Shown here: piece by piece, positions 1 to 13,100 of the stretch
Layout: each line of letters begins with the position of its first letter
How positions within the stretch are numbered: position 1 is the first letter of the stretch
Assembly (NCBI GenBank): GCA_964658305.1
Contig: OZ210885.1
Location: 14,198,001-14,262,000, forward strand
Length of the DNA stretch: 64,000 bases
DNA from: Leptogorgia sarmentosa
Taxonomy: Eukaryota
Direction of reading: 5' to 3'
Notes under the pieces: model-generated
Told to the model about the DNA's origin: nothing
The model's input: the letters and a program-made list of their open reading frames with translations, nothing else
Databases searched by the model: none
Translations under genes and position numbers: made by a program

Positions 1-3000
1 TTCACCACATTTAACCAACCTTGATAAATTAAACGCCACATTGTCAATGACTCAAAAAAACAAGGTTGCGTTTTTATGAAGGGTTTTAGAGAAGTTGGTT
101 AAATTATAGCAAAATTTCACCACATTTAACCAACCTTGATAAATTAAACGCCACATTGTGAATGACTAAAAAAAACAAGGTTGCTTCTTCATATATCACT
201 GTTATGAAGGGTGTTAGAGAAGTTGGTTTAAATAAAGCAACATTTCACCACATTTAACCAACCTTGATAAATTAAATGCCACATCGTCAATGACTAAAAA
301 AAACAAGGTTGCTTTTTTATGAAAGCTGTTAGAGAAGTTGGTTAAATTATAGCAAAATTTCACCACATTTATCAAACCTTGATAAATTAAACGCCACATC
401 ATCAATGACTCAAAAAAACAAGGTTGCTTTTTTATGAAAGCTGTTAGAGAAGTTGGTTAAATTATAGCAAAATTTCACCACATTTAACCAACCTTGATAA
501 ATTAAATGCCACATTGTCAATGACTCAAAAAAACAAGGTTGCTTCTTCATATATCACTGTTATGAAGGGTGTTGGAGAAGTTGGTTAAATTATAGCAAAA
601 TTTCACGACATTTAACCAACCTTGATAAATTAAATTCCACATGGTCAATGACTCAAAAAAACAAGGTTGCTTCTTCATATATCACTGTTATGAAGGGTGT
701 TAGAGAAGTTGGTTAAAACATACCAAAATTTCACCACATTTAACCAACCTTGATAAATTAAATGCCACATCGTCAATGACTCAAAAAAACAAGGTTGCTT
801 TTTTATGAAAGGTGTTAGAGAAGTTGGTTAAATGATAGCAAAATTTCACCACATTTAACCAACCTTGATAAATTAAATGCCACATCGTCAATGACTAAAA
901 AAAACAAGGTTGCTTTTTTATGAAAGCTGTTAGAGAAGTTGGTTAAATTATAGCAAAATTTCACCACATTTATCAAACCTTGATAAATTAAACGCCACAT
1001 CATCAATGATTCAAAAAAACAAGGTTGCTTTTTTATGAAAGCTGTTAGAGAAGTTGGTTAAATTATAGCAAAATTTCACCACATTTAACCAACCTTGATA
1101 AATTAAATGCCACATTGTCAATGACTCAAAAAAACAAGGTTGCTTCTTCATATATCACTGTTATGAAGGGTGTTGGAGAAGTTGGTTAAATTATAGCAAA
1201 ATTTCACGACATTTAACCAACCTTGATAAATTAAATGCCACATGGTCAATGACTCAAAAAAACAAGGTTGCTTCTTCATATATCACTGTTATGAAGGGTG
1301 TTAGAGAAGTTGGTTAAAATATACCAAAATTTCACCACATTTAACCAACCTTGATAAATTAAATGCCACATCGTCAATGACTCAAAAAAACAAGGTTGCT
1401 TGTTCATATATCACTGTTATGAAGGGTGTTAGAGAAGTTCGTTAAAATATAGCAACATTTCGCCACATTGAACCAACCTTGATAAATTAAACGCCACGTC
1501 GTCAATGGCTCAAAAAAACAAGGTTGCTTCTTCATATATCACTGTTATGAAGGGTGTTAGAGAAGTTGGTTAAATTATAGCAAAATTTCACCACATTTAA
1601 CCAACCTTAATAAATTAAACGCCACATTGTCAATGACTCAAAAAACAAGGTTGCTTCTTCATATATCACTGTTATGAAGGGTGTTGGAGAAGTTGGTTAA
1701 ATTATAGCAAAATTTCACGACATTTAACCAACCTTGATAAATTAAATGCCACATGGTCAATGACTCAAAAAAACAAGGTTGCTTCTTCATATATCACTGT
1801 TATGAAGGGTGTTAGAGAAGTTGGTTAAAATATACCAAAATTTCACCACATTTAACCAACCTTGATAAATTAAATGCCACATCGTCAATGACTCAAAAAA
1901 ACAAGGTTGCTTCTTCATATATCACTGTTATGAAGGGTGTTAGAGAATTTGGGTAAATTATAGCAAAATTTCACCACATTTATCCAACCTTCATAAATTA
2001 AACGCCACTTTGTCAATGACTCAAAAAACAAGGTTGCTTCTTCATATATCACTGTTATGAAGGGTGTTAGAGAAGTTGGTTTAAATATAGCAAAATTTCA
2101 CCACATTTAACCACCCTTGATCAATTAAACGCCACATTGTCAATGACTCAAAAAAACAAGGTTGCTTTTTTATGAAGGGTGTTAGAGAAGTTGGTTAAAT
2201 TATAGCATAATTTCACCACATTTAACCAACCTTGATAAATTAAACGCCACATTGTCAATGACTCAAAAAAACAAGGTTGCGTTTTTATGAAGGGTTTTAG
2301 AGAAGTTGGTTAAATTATAGCAAAATTTCACCACATTTAACCAACCTTGATAAATTAAACGCCACATTGTGAATGACTAAAAAAAACAAGGTTGCTTCTT
2401 CATATATCACTGTTATGAAGGGTGTTAGAGAAGTTGGTTTAAATAAAGCAACATTTCACCACATTTAACCAACCTTGATAAATTAAATGCCACATCGTCA
2501 ATGACTAAAAAAAACAAGGTTGCTTTTTTATGAAAGCTGTTAGAGAAGTTGGTTAAATTATAGCAAAATTTCACCACATTTATCAAACCTTGATAAATTA
2601 AACGCCACATCATCAATGACTCAAAAAAACAAGGTTGCTTTTTTATGAAAGCTGTTAGAGAAGTTGGTTAAATTATAGCAAAATTTCACCACATTTAACC
2701 AACCTTGATAAATTAAATGCCACATTGTCAATGACTCAAAAAAACAAGGTTGCTTCTTCATATATCACTGTTATGAAGGGTGTTGGAGAAGTTGGTTAAA
2801 TTATAGCAAAATTTCACGACATTTAACCAACCTTGATAAATTAAATTCCACATGGTCAATGACTCAAAAAAACAAGGTTGCTTCTTCATATATCACTGTT
2901 ATGAAGGGTGTTAGAGAAGTTGGTTAAAACATACCAAAATTTCACCACATTTAACCAACCTTGATAAATTAAATGCCACATCGTCAATGACTCAAAAAAA

Positions 3001-4121
3001 CAAGGTTGCTTTTTTATGAAAGGTGTTAGAGAAGTTGGTTAAATGATAGCAAAATTTCACCACATTTAACCAACCTTGATAAATTAAATGCCACATCGTC
3101 AATGACTAAAAAAAACAAGGTTGCTTTTTTATGAAAGCTGTTAGAGAAGTTGGTTAAATTATAGCAAAATTTCACCACATTTATCAAACCTTGATAAATT
3201 AAACGCCACATCATCAATGATTCAAAAAAACAAGGTTGCTTTTTTATGAAAGCTGTTAGAGAAGTTGGTTAAATTATAGCAAAATTTCACCACATTTAAC
3301 CAACCTTGATAAATTAAATGCCACATTGTCAATGACTCAAAAAAACAAGGTTGCTTCTTCATATATCACTGTTATGAAGGGTGTTGGAGAAGTTGGTTAA
3401 ATTATAGCAAAATTTCACGACATTTAACCAACCTTGATAAATTAAATGCCACATGGTCAATGACTCAAAAAAACAAGGTTGCTTCTTCATATATCACTGT
3501 TATGAAGGGTGTTAGAGAAGTTGGTTAAAATATACCAAAATTTCACCACATTTAACCAACCTTGATAAATTAAATGCCACATCGTCAATGACTCAAAAAA
3601 ACAAGGTTGCTTGTTCATATATCACTGTTATGAAGGGTGTTAGAGAAGTTCGTTAAAATATAGCAACATTTCGCCACATTGAACCAACCTTGATAAATTA
3701 AACGCCACGTCGTCAATGGCTCAAAAAAACAAGGTTGCTTCTTCATATATCACTGTTATGAAGGGTGTTAGAGAAGTTGGTTAAATTATAGCAAAATTTC
3801 ACCACATTTAACCAACCTTAATAAATTAAACGCCACATTGTCAATGACTCAAAAAACAAGGTTGCTTCTTCATATATCACTGTTATGAAGGGTGTTGGAG
3901 AAGTTGGTTAAATTATAGCAAAATTTCACGACATTTAACCAACCTTGATAAATTAAATGCCACATGGTCAATGACTCAAAAAAACAAGGTTGCTTCTTCA
4001 TATATCACTGTTATGAAGGGTGTTAGAGAAGTTGGTTAAAATATACCAAAATTTCACCACATTTAACCAACCTTGATAAATTAAATGCCACATCGTCAAT
4101 GACTCAAAAAAACAAGGTTGC
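1..4121 (+). repeat. 2,211-bp period duplication (1-~1910 repeated at 2212-~4121)
   Basis: Identical ORF translations at 214/2425 and 815/3026 (offset 2211). Rare variants GTTGCGTTTTT/GGGTTTTAG, AAACATACC and AATGATTCA recur at this offset. Confidence 0.9.
214..1390 (+). repeat. 601-bp 5-monomer HOR (3x115 + 2x128), example pair; recurs widely, e.g. 20.6-22.0, 23.6-25.1 and 27.2-28.6 kb
   Basis: ORF pairs 601 bp apart: 214/815, 2425/3026, 20874/21475, 23929/24530, 27469/28070, 31900/32501. Markers GAAAGCTGTT, TTCACGAC, CATGGTC and ATACCAAAA repeat at this spacing. Confidence 0.85.
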
Positions 4122-7100
4122 TTGTTCATATATCACTGTTATGAAGGGTGTTAGAGAAGTTCGTTAAAATATAGCAACATTTCGCCACATTGAACCAACC
4201 TTGATAAATTAAACGCCACGTCGTCAATGGCTCAAAAAAACAAGGTTGCTTCTTCATATATCACTGTTATGAAGGGTGTTAGAGAAGTTGGTTAAATTAT
4301 AGCAAAATTTCACCACATTTAACCAACCTTAATAAATTAAACGCCACATTGTCAATGACTCAAAAAACAAGGTTGCTTCTTCATATATCACTGTTATTAA
4401 TGGTGTTAGAGAAGTTGGTTTAAATATAGCAAAATTTCACCACATTTAACCAACCTTGATAAATTAAACGCCACATCATCAATGACACAAAAAACAAGGT
4501 TGCTTCTTCATATATCACTGTTATGAAGGGTGTTAGAGAAGTTGGTTAAATTATAGCAAAATTTCACCACATTTAACCAACCTTAATAAATTAAACGCCA
4601 CATTGTCAATGACTCAAAAAACAAGGTTGCTTCTTCATATATCACTGTTATTAATGGTGTTGGAGAAGTTGGTTTAAATATAGCAAAATTTCACCACATT
4701 TAACCAACCTTGATAAATTAAACGCCACGTCATCAATGACTCAAAAAACAAGGTTGCTTCTTCATATATCACTGTTATTAACGGTGTTAGAGAAGTTGGT
4801 TTATAGCAAAATTTCACCACATTTAACCAACCTTGATAAATTAAACGCCACATCGTCAATGACTCAAAAAAACAAGGTTGCTTTTTTATGAAAGGTGTTA
4901 GAGAAGTTGGTTAAATTATAGCAAAATTTCACCACATTTAACCAACCTTGATAAATTAAATGCCACATCGTCAATGACTAAAAAAAACAAGGTTGCTTTT
5001 TGATGAAAGGTGTTAGAGAAGTTGGTTAAATTATAGCAAAATTTCACCACATTTATCAAACCTTGATAAATTAAACGCCACATTGTCAATGACTAAAAAA
5101 ACAAGGTTGCTTCTTCATATATCACTGTCATTAACGGTGTTAGAGAAGTTGGTTTATAGCAAAATTTCACCACATTTAACCAACCTTGATAAATTAAACG
5201 CCACATCATCAATGACTCAAAAAAACAAGGTTGCTTTTTTATGAAGGGTGTTAGAGAATTTGGGTAAATTATAGCAAAATTTCGCCACATTGTCAATGAC
5301 TCAAAAAACAAGGTTGCTTCTTCATATATCACTGTTATTAACAGTGTTAGAGAAGTTGGTTTAAATATAGCAAAATTTCACCACATTTAACCAACCTTGA
5401 TAAATTAAACGCCACATTGTCAATGACTCAAAAAAACAAGGTTGCTTCTTCATATATCACTGTTATGAAGGGTGTTGGAGAAGTTGGTTAAATTATAGCA
5501 AAATTTCACCACATTAAACCAACCTTGATAAATTAAACGCCACATCATCAATGACTCAAAAAAACAAGGTTGCTTTTTTATGAAGGGTGTTAGAGAAGTT
5601 GGTTAAATTATAGCAAAATTTCACCACATTTAACCAACCTTGATAAATTAAACGCCACACTGTGAATGACTAAAAAAAACAAGGTTGCTTCTTCATAAAT
5701 CACTGTTATGAAGGGTGTTAGAGAAGTTGGTTTAAATATAGCAAAATTTCACCACATTTAACCACCCTTGATCAATTAAACGCCACATTGTCAATGACTC
5801 AAAAAAACAAGGTTGCTTTTTTATGAAGGGTGTTAGAGAAGTTGGTTAAATTATAGCAAAATTTCACCACATTTAACCAACCTTGATAAATTAAATGCCA
5901 CATCGTCAATGACTAAAAAAAACAAGGTTGCTTTTTTATGAAAGGTGTTAGAGAAGTTGGTTAAATTATAGCAAAATTTCACCACATTTATCAAACCTTG
6001 ATAAATTAAATGCCACATTGTCAATGACTCAAAAAACAAGGTTGCTTCTTCATATATCACTGTTATTAACAGTGTTAGAGTAGTTGGTTTATAGCAAAAT
6101 TTCACCACATTTAACCAACGTTGATAAATTAAACGCCACATCATCAATGACTCAAAAAAACAAGGTTGCTTTTTTATGAAGGGTGTTAGAGAATTTGGGT
6201 AAATTATAGCAAAATTTCACCACATTTATCCAACCTTGATAAATTAAACGCCACTTTGTCAATGACTCAAAAAACAAGGTTGCTTCTTCATATATCACTG
6301 TTATTAACAGTGTTAGAGAAGTTGGTTTAAATATAGCAAAATTTCACCACATTTAACCAACCTTGATAAATTAAACGCCACATTGTCAATGACTAAAAAA
6401 AACAAGGTTGCTTTTTTATGAAGGGTGTTAGAGAAGTTGGTTAAATTAGAGCAAAATTTCACCACATTTAACCAACCTTGATAAATTAAATGCCACATTG
6501 TGAATGACTCAAAAAAACAAGGTTGCTTCTTCATATATCACTGTTATGAAGGGTGTTAGAGAAGTTGGTTTAAATAAAGCAACATTTCACCACATTTAAC
6601 CAACCTTGATAAATTAAACGCCACATCATCAATGACTAAAAAAAACAAGGTTACTTCTTCATATAACACTGTTATGAAGGGTGTTAGAGAAGTTGGTTAA
6701 ATTATAGCAAAATTTCACCACATTTATCCAACCTTGATAAATTAAACGGCACATTGTCAATGACTCAAAAAACAAGGTTGCTTCTTCATATATCACTGTT
6801 ATTAACGGTGTTTAGACAAGTTGATTTAAATATAGCAAAATTTCACCACATTTAACCAACCTTGATAAATTAAACGCCACATCATCAATGACTCAAAAAA
6901 ACAAGGTTGCTTTTTTATGAAGGGTGTTAGAGAATTTGGGTAAATTATAGCAAAATTTCACCACATTTATCCAACCTTGATAAATTAAAGGCCACATTGT
7001 CAATGACTCAAAAAACAAGGTTGCTTCTTCACATATCACTGTTACTAACGGTGTTAGAGAAGTTGGTTTATAGCAAAATATCACCACAGTTAACCAACCT

Positions 7101-10100
7101 TAATCAATTAAACGCCATATCATCAATGACTAAAAAAAACAAGGTTGCTTCTTCATATAACACTGTTATGAAGGGTGTTAGAGAAGTTGGTTAAATTATA
7201 GCAAAATTTCACCACATTTAACCAACCTTGATAAATTAAACGCCACACTGTGAATGACTAAAAAAAACAAGGTTGCTTCTTCATATATCACTGTTATGAA
7301 GGGTGTTAGAGAAGTTGGTTTAAATATAGCAAAATTTCACCACATTTAACCACCCTTGATCAATTAAACGCCACATTGTCAATGACTCAAAAAAACAAGG
7401 TTGCTTTTTTATGAAGGGTGTTAGAGAAGTTGGTTAAATTATAGCATAATTTCACCACATTTAACCAACCTTGATAAATTAAATGCCACATCGTCAATGA
7501 CTAAAAAAAACAAGGTTGCTTTTTTATGAAAGGTGTTAGAGAAGTTGGTTAAATTATAGCAAAATTTCACCACATTTATCAAACCTTGATAAATTAAATG
7601 CCACATTGTCAATGACTCAAAAAACAAGGTTGCTTCTTCATATATCACTGTTATTAACAGTGTTAGAGTAGTTGGTTTATAGCAAAATTTCACCACATTT
7701 AACCAACCTTGATAAATTAAACGCCACATCATCAATGACTCAAAAAAACAAGGTTGCTTTTTTATGAAGGGTGTTAGAGAATTTGGGTAAATTATAGCAA
7801 AATTTCACCACATTTATCCAACCTTGATAAATTAAACGCCACTTTGTCAATGACTCAAAAAACAAGGTTGCTTCTTCATATATCACTGTTATTAACAGTG
7901 TTAGAGAAGTTGGTTTAAATATAGCAAAATTTCACCACATTTAACCAACCTTGATAAATTAAACGCCACATTGTCAATGACTCAAAAAAACAAGGTTGCT
8001 TTTTTATGAAGGGTGTTAGACAAGTTGGTTAAATTATAGCAAAATTTCACCACATTTAACCAACCTTGATAAATTAAATGCCACATTGTGAATGACTCAA
8101 AAAAACAAGGTTGCTTCTTCATATATCACTGTTATGAAGGGTGTTAGAGAAGTTGGTTTAAATAAAGCAACATTTCACCACATTTAACCAACCTTGATAA
8201 ATTAAACGCCACATTGTCAATGACTCAAAAAAACAAGGTTGCGTTTTTATGAAGGGTTTTAGAGAAGTTGGTTAAATTATAGCAAAATTTCACCACATTT
8301 AACCAACCTTGATAAATTAAACGCCACATTGTGAATGACTAAAAAAAACAAGGTTGCTTCTTCATATATCACTGTTATGAAGGGTGTTAGAGAAGTTGGT
8401 TTAAATAAAGCAACATTTCACCACATTTAACCAACCTTGATAAATTAAATGCCACATCGTCAATGACTAAAAAAAACAAGGTTGCTTTTTTATGAAAGCT
8501 GTTAGAGAAGTTGGTTAAATTATAGCAAAATTTCACCACATTTATCAAACCTTGATAAATTAAACGCCACATCATCAATGACTCAAAAAAACAAGGTTGC
8601 TTTTTTATGAAAGCTGTTAGAGAAGTTGGTTAAATTATAGCAAAATTTCACCACATTTAACCAACCTTGATAAATTAAATGCCACATTGTCAATGACTCA
8701 AAAAAACAAGGTTGCTTCTTCATATATCACTGTTATGAAGGGTGTTGGAGAAGTTGGTTAAATTATAGCAAAATTTCACGACATTTAACCAACCTTGATA
8801 AATTAAATTCCACATGGTCAATGACTCAAAAAAACAAGGTTGCTTCTTCATATATCACTGTTATGAAGGGTGTTAGAGAAGTTGGTTAAAACATACCAAA
8901 ATTTCACCACATTTAACCAACCTTGATAAATTAAATGCCACATCGTCAATGACTCAAAAAAACAAGGTTGCTTTTTTATGAAAGGTGTTAGAGAAGTTGG
9001 TTAAATGATAGCAAAATTTCACCACATTTAACCAACCTTGATAAATTAAATGCCACATCGTCAATGACTAAAAAAAACAAGGTTGCTTTTTTATGAAAGC
9101 TGTTAGAGAAGTTGGTTAAATTATAGCAAAATTTCACCACATTTATCAAACCTTGATAAATTAAACGCCACATCATCAATGATTCAAAAAAACAAGGTTG
9201 CTTTTTTATGAAAGCTGTTAGAGAAGTTGGTTAAATTATAGCAAAATTTCACCACATTTAACCAACCTTGATAAATTAAATGCCACATTGTCAATGACTC
9301 AAAAAAACAAGGTTGCTTCTTCATATATCACTGTTATGAAGGGTGTTGGAGAAGTTGGTTAAATTATAGCAAAATTTCACGACATTTAACCAACCTTGAT
9401 AAATTAAATGCCACATGGTCAATGACTCAAAAAAACAAGGTTGCTTCTTCATATATCACTGTTATGAAGGGTGTTAGAGAAGTTGGTTAAAATATACCAA
9501 AATTTCACCACATTTAACCAACCTTGATAAATTAAATGCCACATCGTCAATGACTCAAAAAAACAAGGTTGCTTGTTCATATATCACTGTTATGAAGGGT
9601 GTTAGAGAAGTTCGTTAAAATATAGCAACATTTCGCCACATTGAACCAACCTTGATAAATTAAACGCCACGTCGTCAATGGCTCAAAAAAACAAGGTTGC
9701 TTCTTCATATATCACTGTTATGAAGGGTGTTAGAGAAGTTGGTTAAATTATAGCAAAATTTCACCACATTTAACCAACCTTAATAAATTAAACGCCACAT
9801 TGTCAATGACTCAAAAAACAAGGTTGCTTCTTCATATATCACTGTTATGAAGGGTGTTGGAGAAGTTGGTTAAATTATAGCAAAATTTCACGACATTTAA
9901 CCAACCTTGATAAATTAAATGCCACATGGTCAATGACTCAAAAAAACAAGGTTGCTTCTTCATATATCACTGTTATGAAGGGTGTTAGAGAAGTTGGTTA
10001 AAATATACCAAAATTTCACCACATTTAACCAACCTTGATAAATTAAATGCCACATCGTCAATGACTCAAAAAAACAAGGTTGCTTGTTCATATATCACTG

Positions 10101-13100
10101 TTATGAAGGGTGTTAGAGAAGTTCGTTAAAATATAGCAACATTTCGCCACATTGAACCAACCTTGATAAATTAAACGCCACGTCGTCAATGGCTCAAAAA
10201 AACAAGGTTGCTTCTTCATATATCACTGTTATGAAGGGTGTTAGAGAAGTTGGTTAAATTATAGCAAAATTTCACCACATTTAACCAACCTTAATAAATT
10301 AAACGCCACATTGTCAATGACTCAAAAAACAAGGTTGCTTCTTCATATATCACTGTTATTAATGGTGTTAGAGAAGTTGGTTTAAATATAGCAAAATTTC
10401 ACCACATTTAACCAACCTTGATAAATTAAACGCCACATCATCAATGACACAAAAAACAAGGTTGCTTCTTCATATATCACTGTTATGAAGGGTGTTAGAG
10501 AAGTTGGTTAAATTATAGCAAAATTTCACCACATTTAACCAACCTTAATAAATTAAACGCCACATTGTCAATGACTCAAAAAACAAGGTTGCTTCTTCAT
10601 ATATCACTGTTATTAATGGTGTTGGAGAAGTTGGTTTAAATATAGCAAAATTTCACCACATTTAACCAACCTTGATAAATTAAACGCCACGTCATCAATG
10701 ACTCAAAAAACAAGGTTGCTTCTTCATATATCACTGTTATTAACGGTGTTAGAGAAGTTGGTTTATAGCAAAATTTCACCACATTTAACCAACCTTGATA
10801 AATTAAACGCCACATCGTCAATGACTCAAAAAAACAAGGTTGCTTTTTTATGAAAGGTGTTAGAGAAGTTGGTTAAATTATAGCAAAATTTCACCACATT
10901 TAACCAACCTTGATAAATTAAATGCCACATCGTCAATGACTAAAAAAAACAAGGTTGCTTTTTGATGAAAGGTGTTAGAGAAGTTGGTTAAATTATAGCA
11001 AAATTTCACCACATTTATCAAACCTTGATAAATTAAACGCCACATTGTCAATGACTAAAAAAACAAGGTTGCTTCTTCATATATCACTGTCATTAACGGT
11101 GTTAGAGAAGTTGGTTTATAGCAAAATTTCACCACATTTAACCAACCTTGATAAATTAAACGCCACATCATCAATGACTCAAAAAAACAAGGTTGCTTTT
11201 TTATGAAGGGTGTTAGAGAATTTGGGTAAATTATAGCAAAATTTCGCCACATTGTCAATGACTCAAAAAACAAGGTTGCTTCTTCATATATCACTGTTAT
11301 TAACAGTGTTAGAGAAGTTGGTTTAAATATAGCAAAATTTCACCACATTTAACCAACCTTGATAAATTAAACGCCACATTGTCAATGACTCAAAAAAACA
11401 AGGTTGCTTCTTCATATATCACTGTTATGAAGGGTGTTGGAGAAGTTGGTTAAATTATAGCAAAATTTCACCACATTAAACCAACCTTGATAAATTAAAC
11501 GCCACATCATCAATGACTCAAAAAAACAAGGTTGCTTTTTTATGAAGGGTGTTAGAGAAGTTGGTTAAATTATAGCAAAATTTCACCACATTTAACCAAC
11601 CTTGATAAATTAAACGCCACACTGTGAATGACTAAAAAAAACAAGGTTGCTTCTTCATATATCACTGTTATGAAGGGTGTTAGAGAAGTTGGTTTAAATA
11701 TAGCAAAATTTCACCACATTTAACCACCCTTGATCAATTAAACGCCACATTGTCAATGACTCAAAAAAACAAGGTTGCTTTTTTATGAAGGGTGTTAGAG
11801 AAGTTGGTTAAATTATAGCAAAATTTCACCACATTTAACCAACCTTGATAAATTAAATGCCACATCGTCAATGACTAAAAAAAACAAGGTTGCTTTTTTA
11901 TGAAAGGTGTTAGAGAAGTTGGTTAAATTATAGCAAAATTTCACCACATTTATCAAACCTTGATAAATTAAATGCCACATTGTCAATGACTCAAAAAACA
12001 AGGTTGCTTCTTCATATATCACTGTTATTAACAGTGTTAGAGTAGTTGGTTTATAGCAAAATTTCACCACATTTAACCAACGTTGATAAATTAAACGCCA
12101 CATCATCAATGACTCAAAAAAACAAGGTTGCTTTTTTATGAAGGGTGTTAGAGAATTTGGGTAAATTATAGCAAAATTTCACCACATTTATCCAACCTTG
12201 ATAAATTAAACGCCACTTTGTCAATGACTCAAAAAACAAGGTTGCTTCTTCATATATCACTGTTATTAACAGTGTTAGAGAAGTTGGTTTAAATATAGCA
12301 AAATTTCACCACATTTAACCAACCTTGATAAATTAAACGCCACATTGTCAATGACTAAAAAAAACAAGGTTGCTTTTTTATGAAGGGTGTTAGAGAAGTT
12401 GGTTAAATTAGAGCAAAATTTCACCACATTTAACCAACCTTGATAAATTAAATGCCACATTGTGAATGACTCAAAAAAACAAGGTTGCTTCTTCATATAT
12501 CACTGTTATGAAGGGTGTTAGAGAAGTTGGTTTAAATAAAGCAACATTTCACCACATTTAACCAACCTTGATAAATTAAACGCCACATCATCAATGACTA
12601 AAAAAAACAAGGTTACTTCTTCATATAACACTGTTATGAAGGGTGTTAGAGAAGTTGGTTAAATTATAGCAAAATTTCACCACATTTATCCAACCTTGAT
12701 AAATTAAACGGCACATTGTCAATGACTCAAAAAACAAGGTTGCTTCTTCATATATCACTGTTATTAACGGTGTTTAGACAAGTTGATTTAAATATAGCAA
12801 AATTTCACCACATTTAACCAACCTTGATAAATTAAACGCCACATCATCAATGACTCAAAAAAACAAGGTTGCTTTTTTATGAAGGGTGTTAGAGAATTTG
12901 GGTAAATTATAGCAAAATTTCACCACATTTATCCAACCTTGATAAATTAAAGGCCACATTGTCAATGACTCAAAAAACAAGGTTGCTTCTTCACATATCA
13001 CTGTTACTAACGGTGTTAGAGAAGTTGGTTTATAGCAAAATATCACCACAGTTAACCAACCTTAATCAATTAAACGCCATATCATCAATGACTAAAAAAA

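Noticed and set aside
48..54. AP-1/GCN4-type site TGACTCA in most monomers
   Set aside because: A single 7-mer multiplied by array amplification, often mutated to TGACTAA. Nothing in the sequence supports function.
1..128. 5S rRNA, tRNA or snRNA tandem gene array (unit near 120 bp)
   Set aside because: I see no resemblance to 5S rRNA or tRNA sequence, no recognisable Pol III internal boxes and no gene/spacer partition. The low GC content also argues against it.
1458..1474. Partial CENP-B-box-like motif TTTCGCCACATTGAACC
   Set aside because: It matches only TTCGnnnnA and lacks the essential CGGG. It is simply an A>G variant of TTCACCACA.
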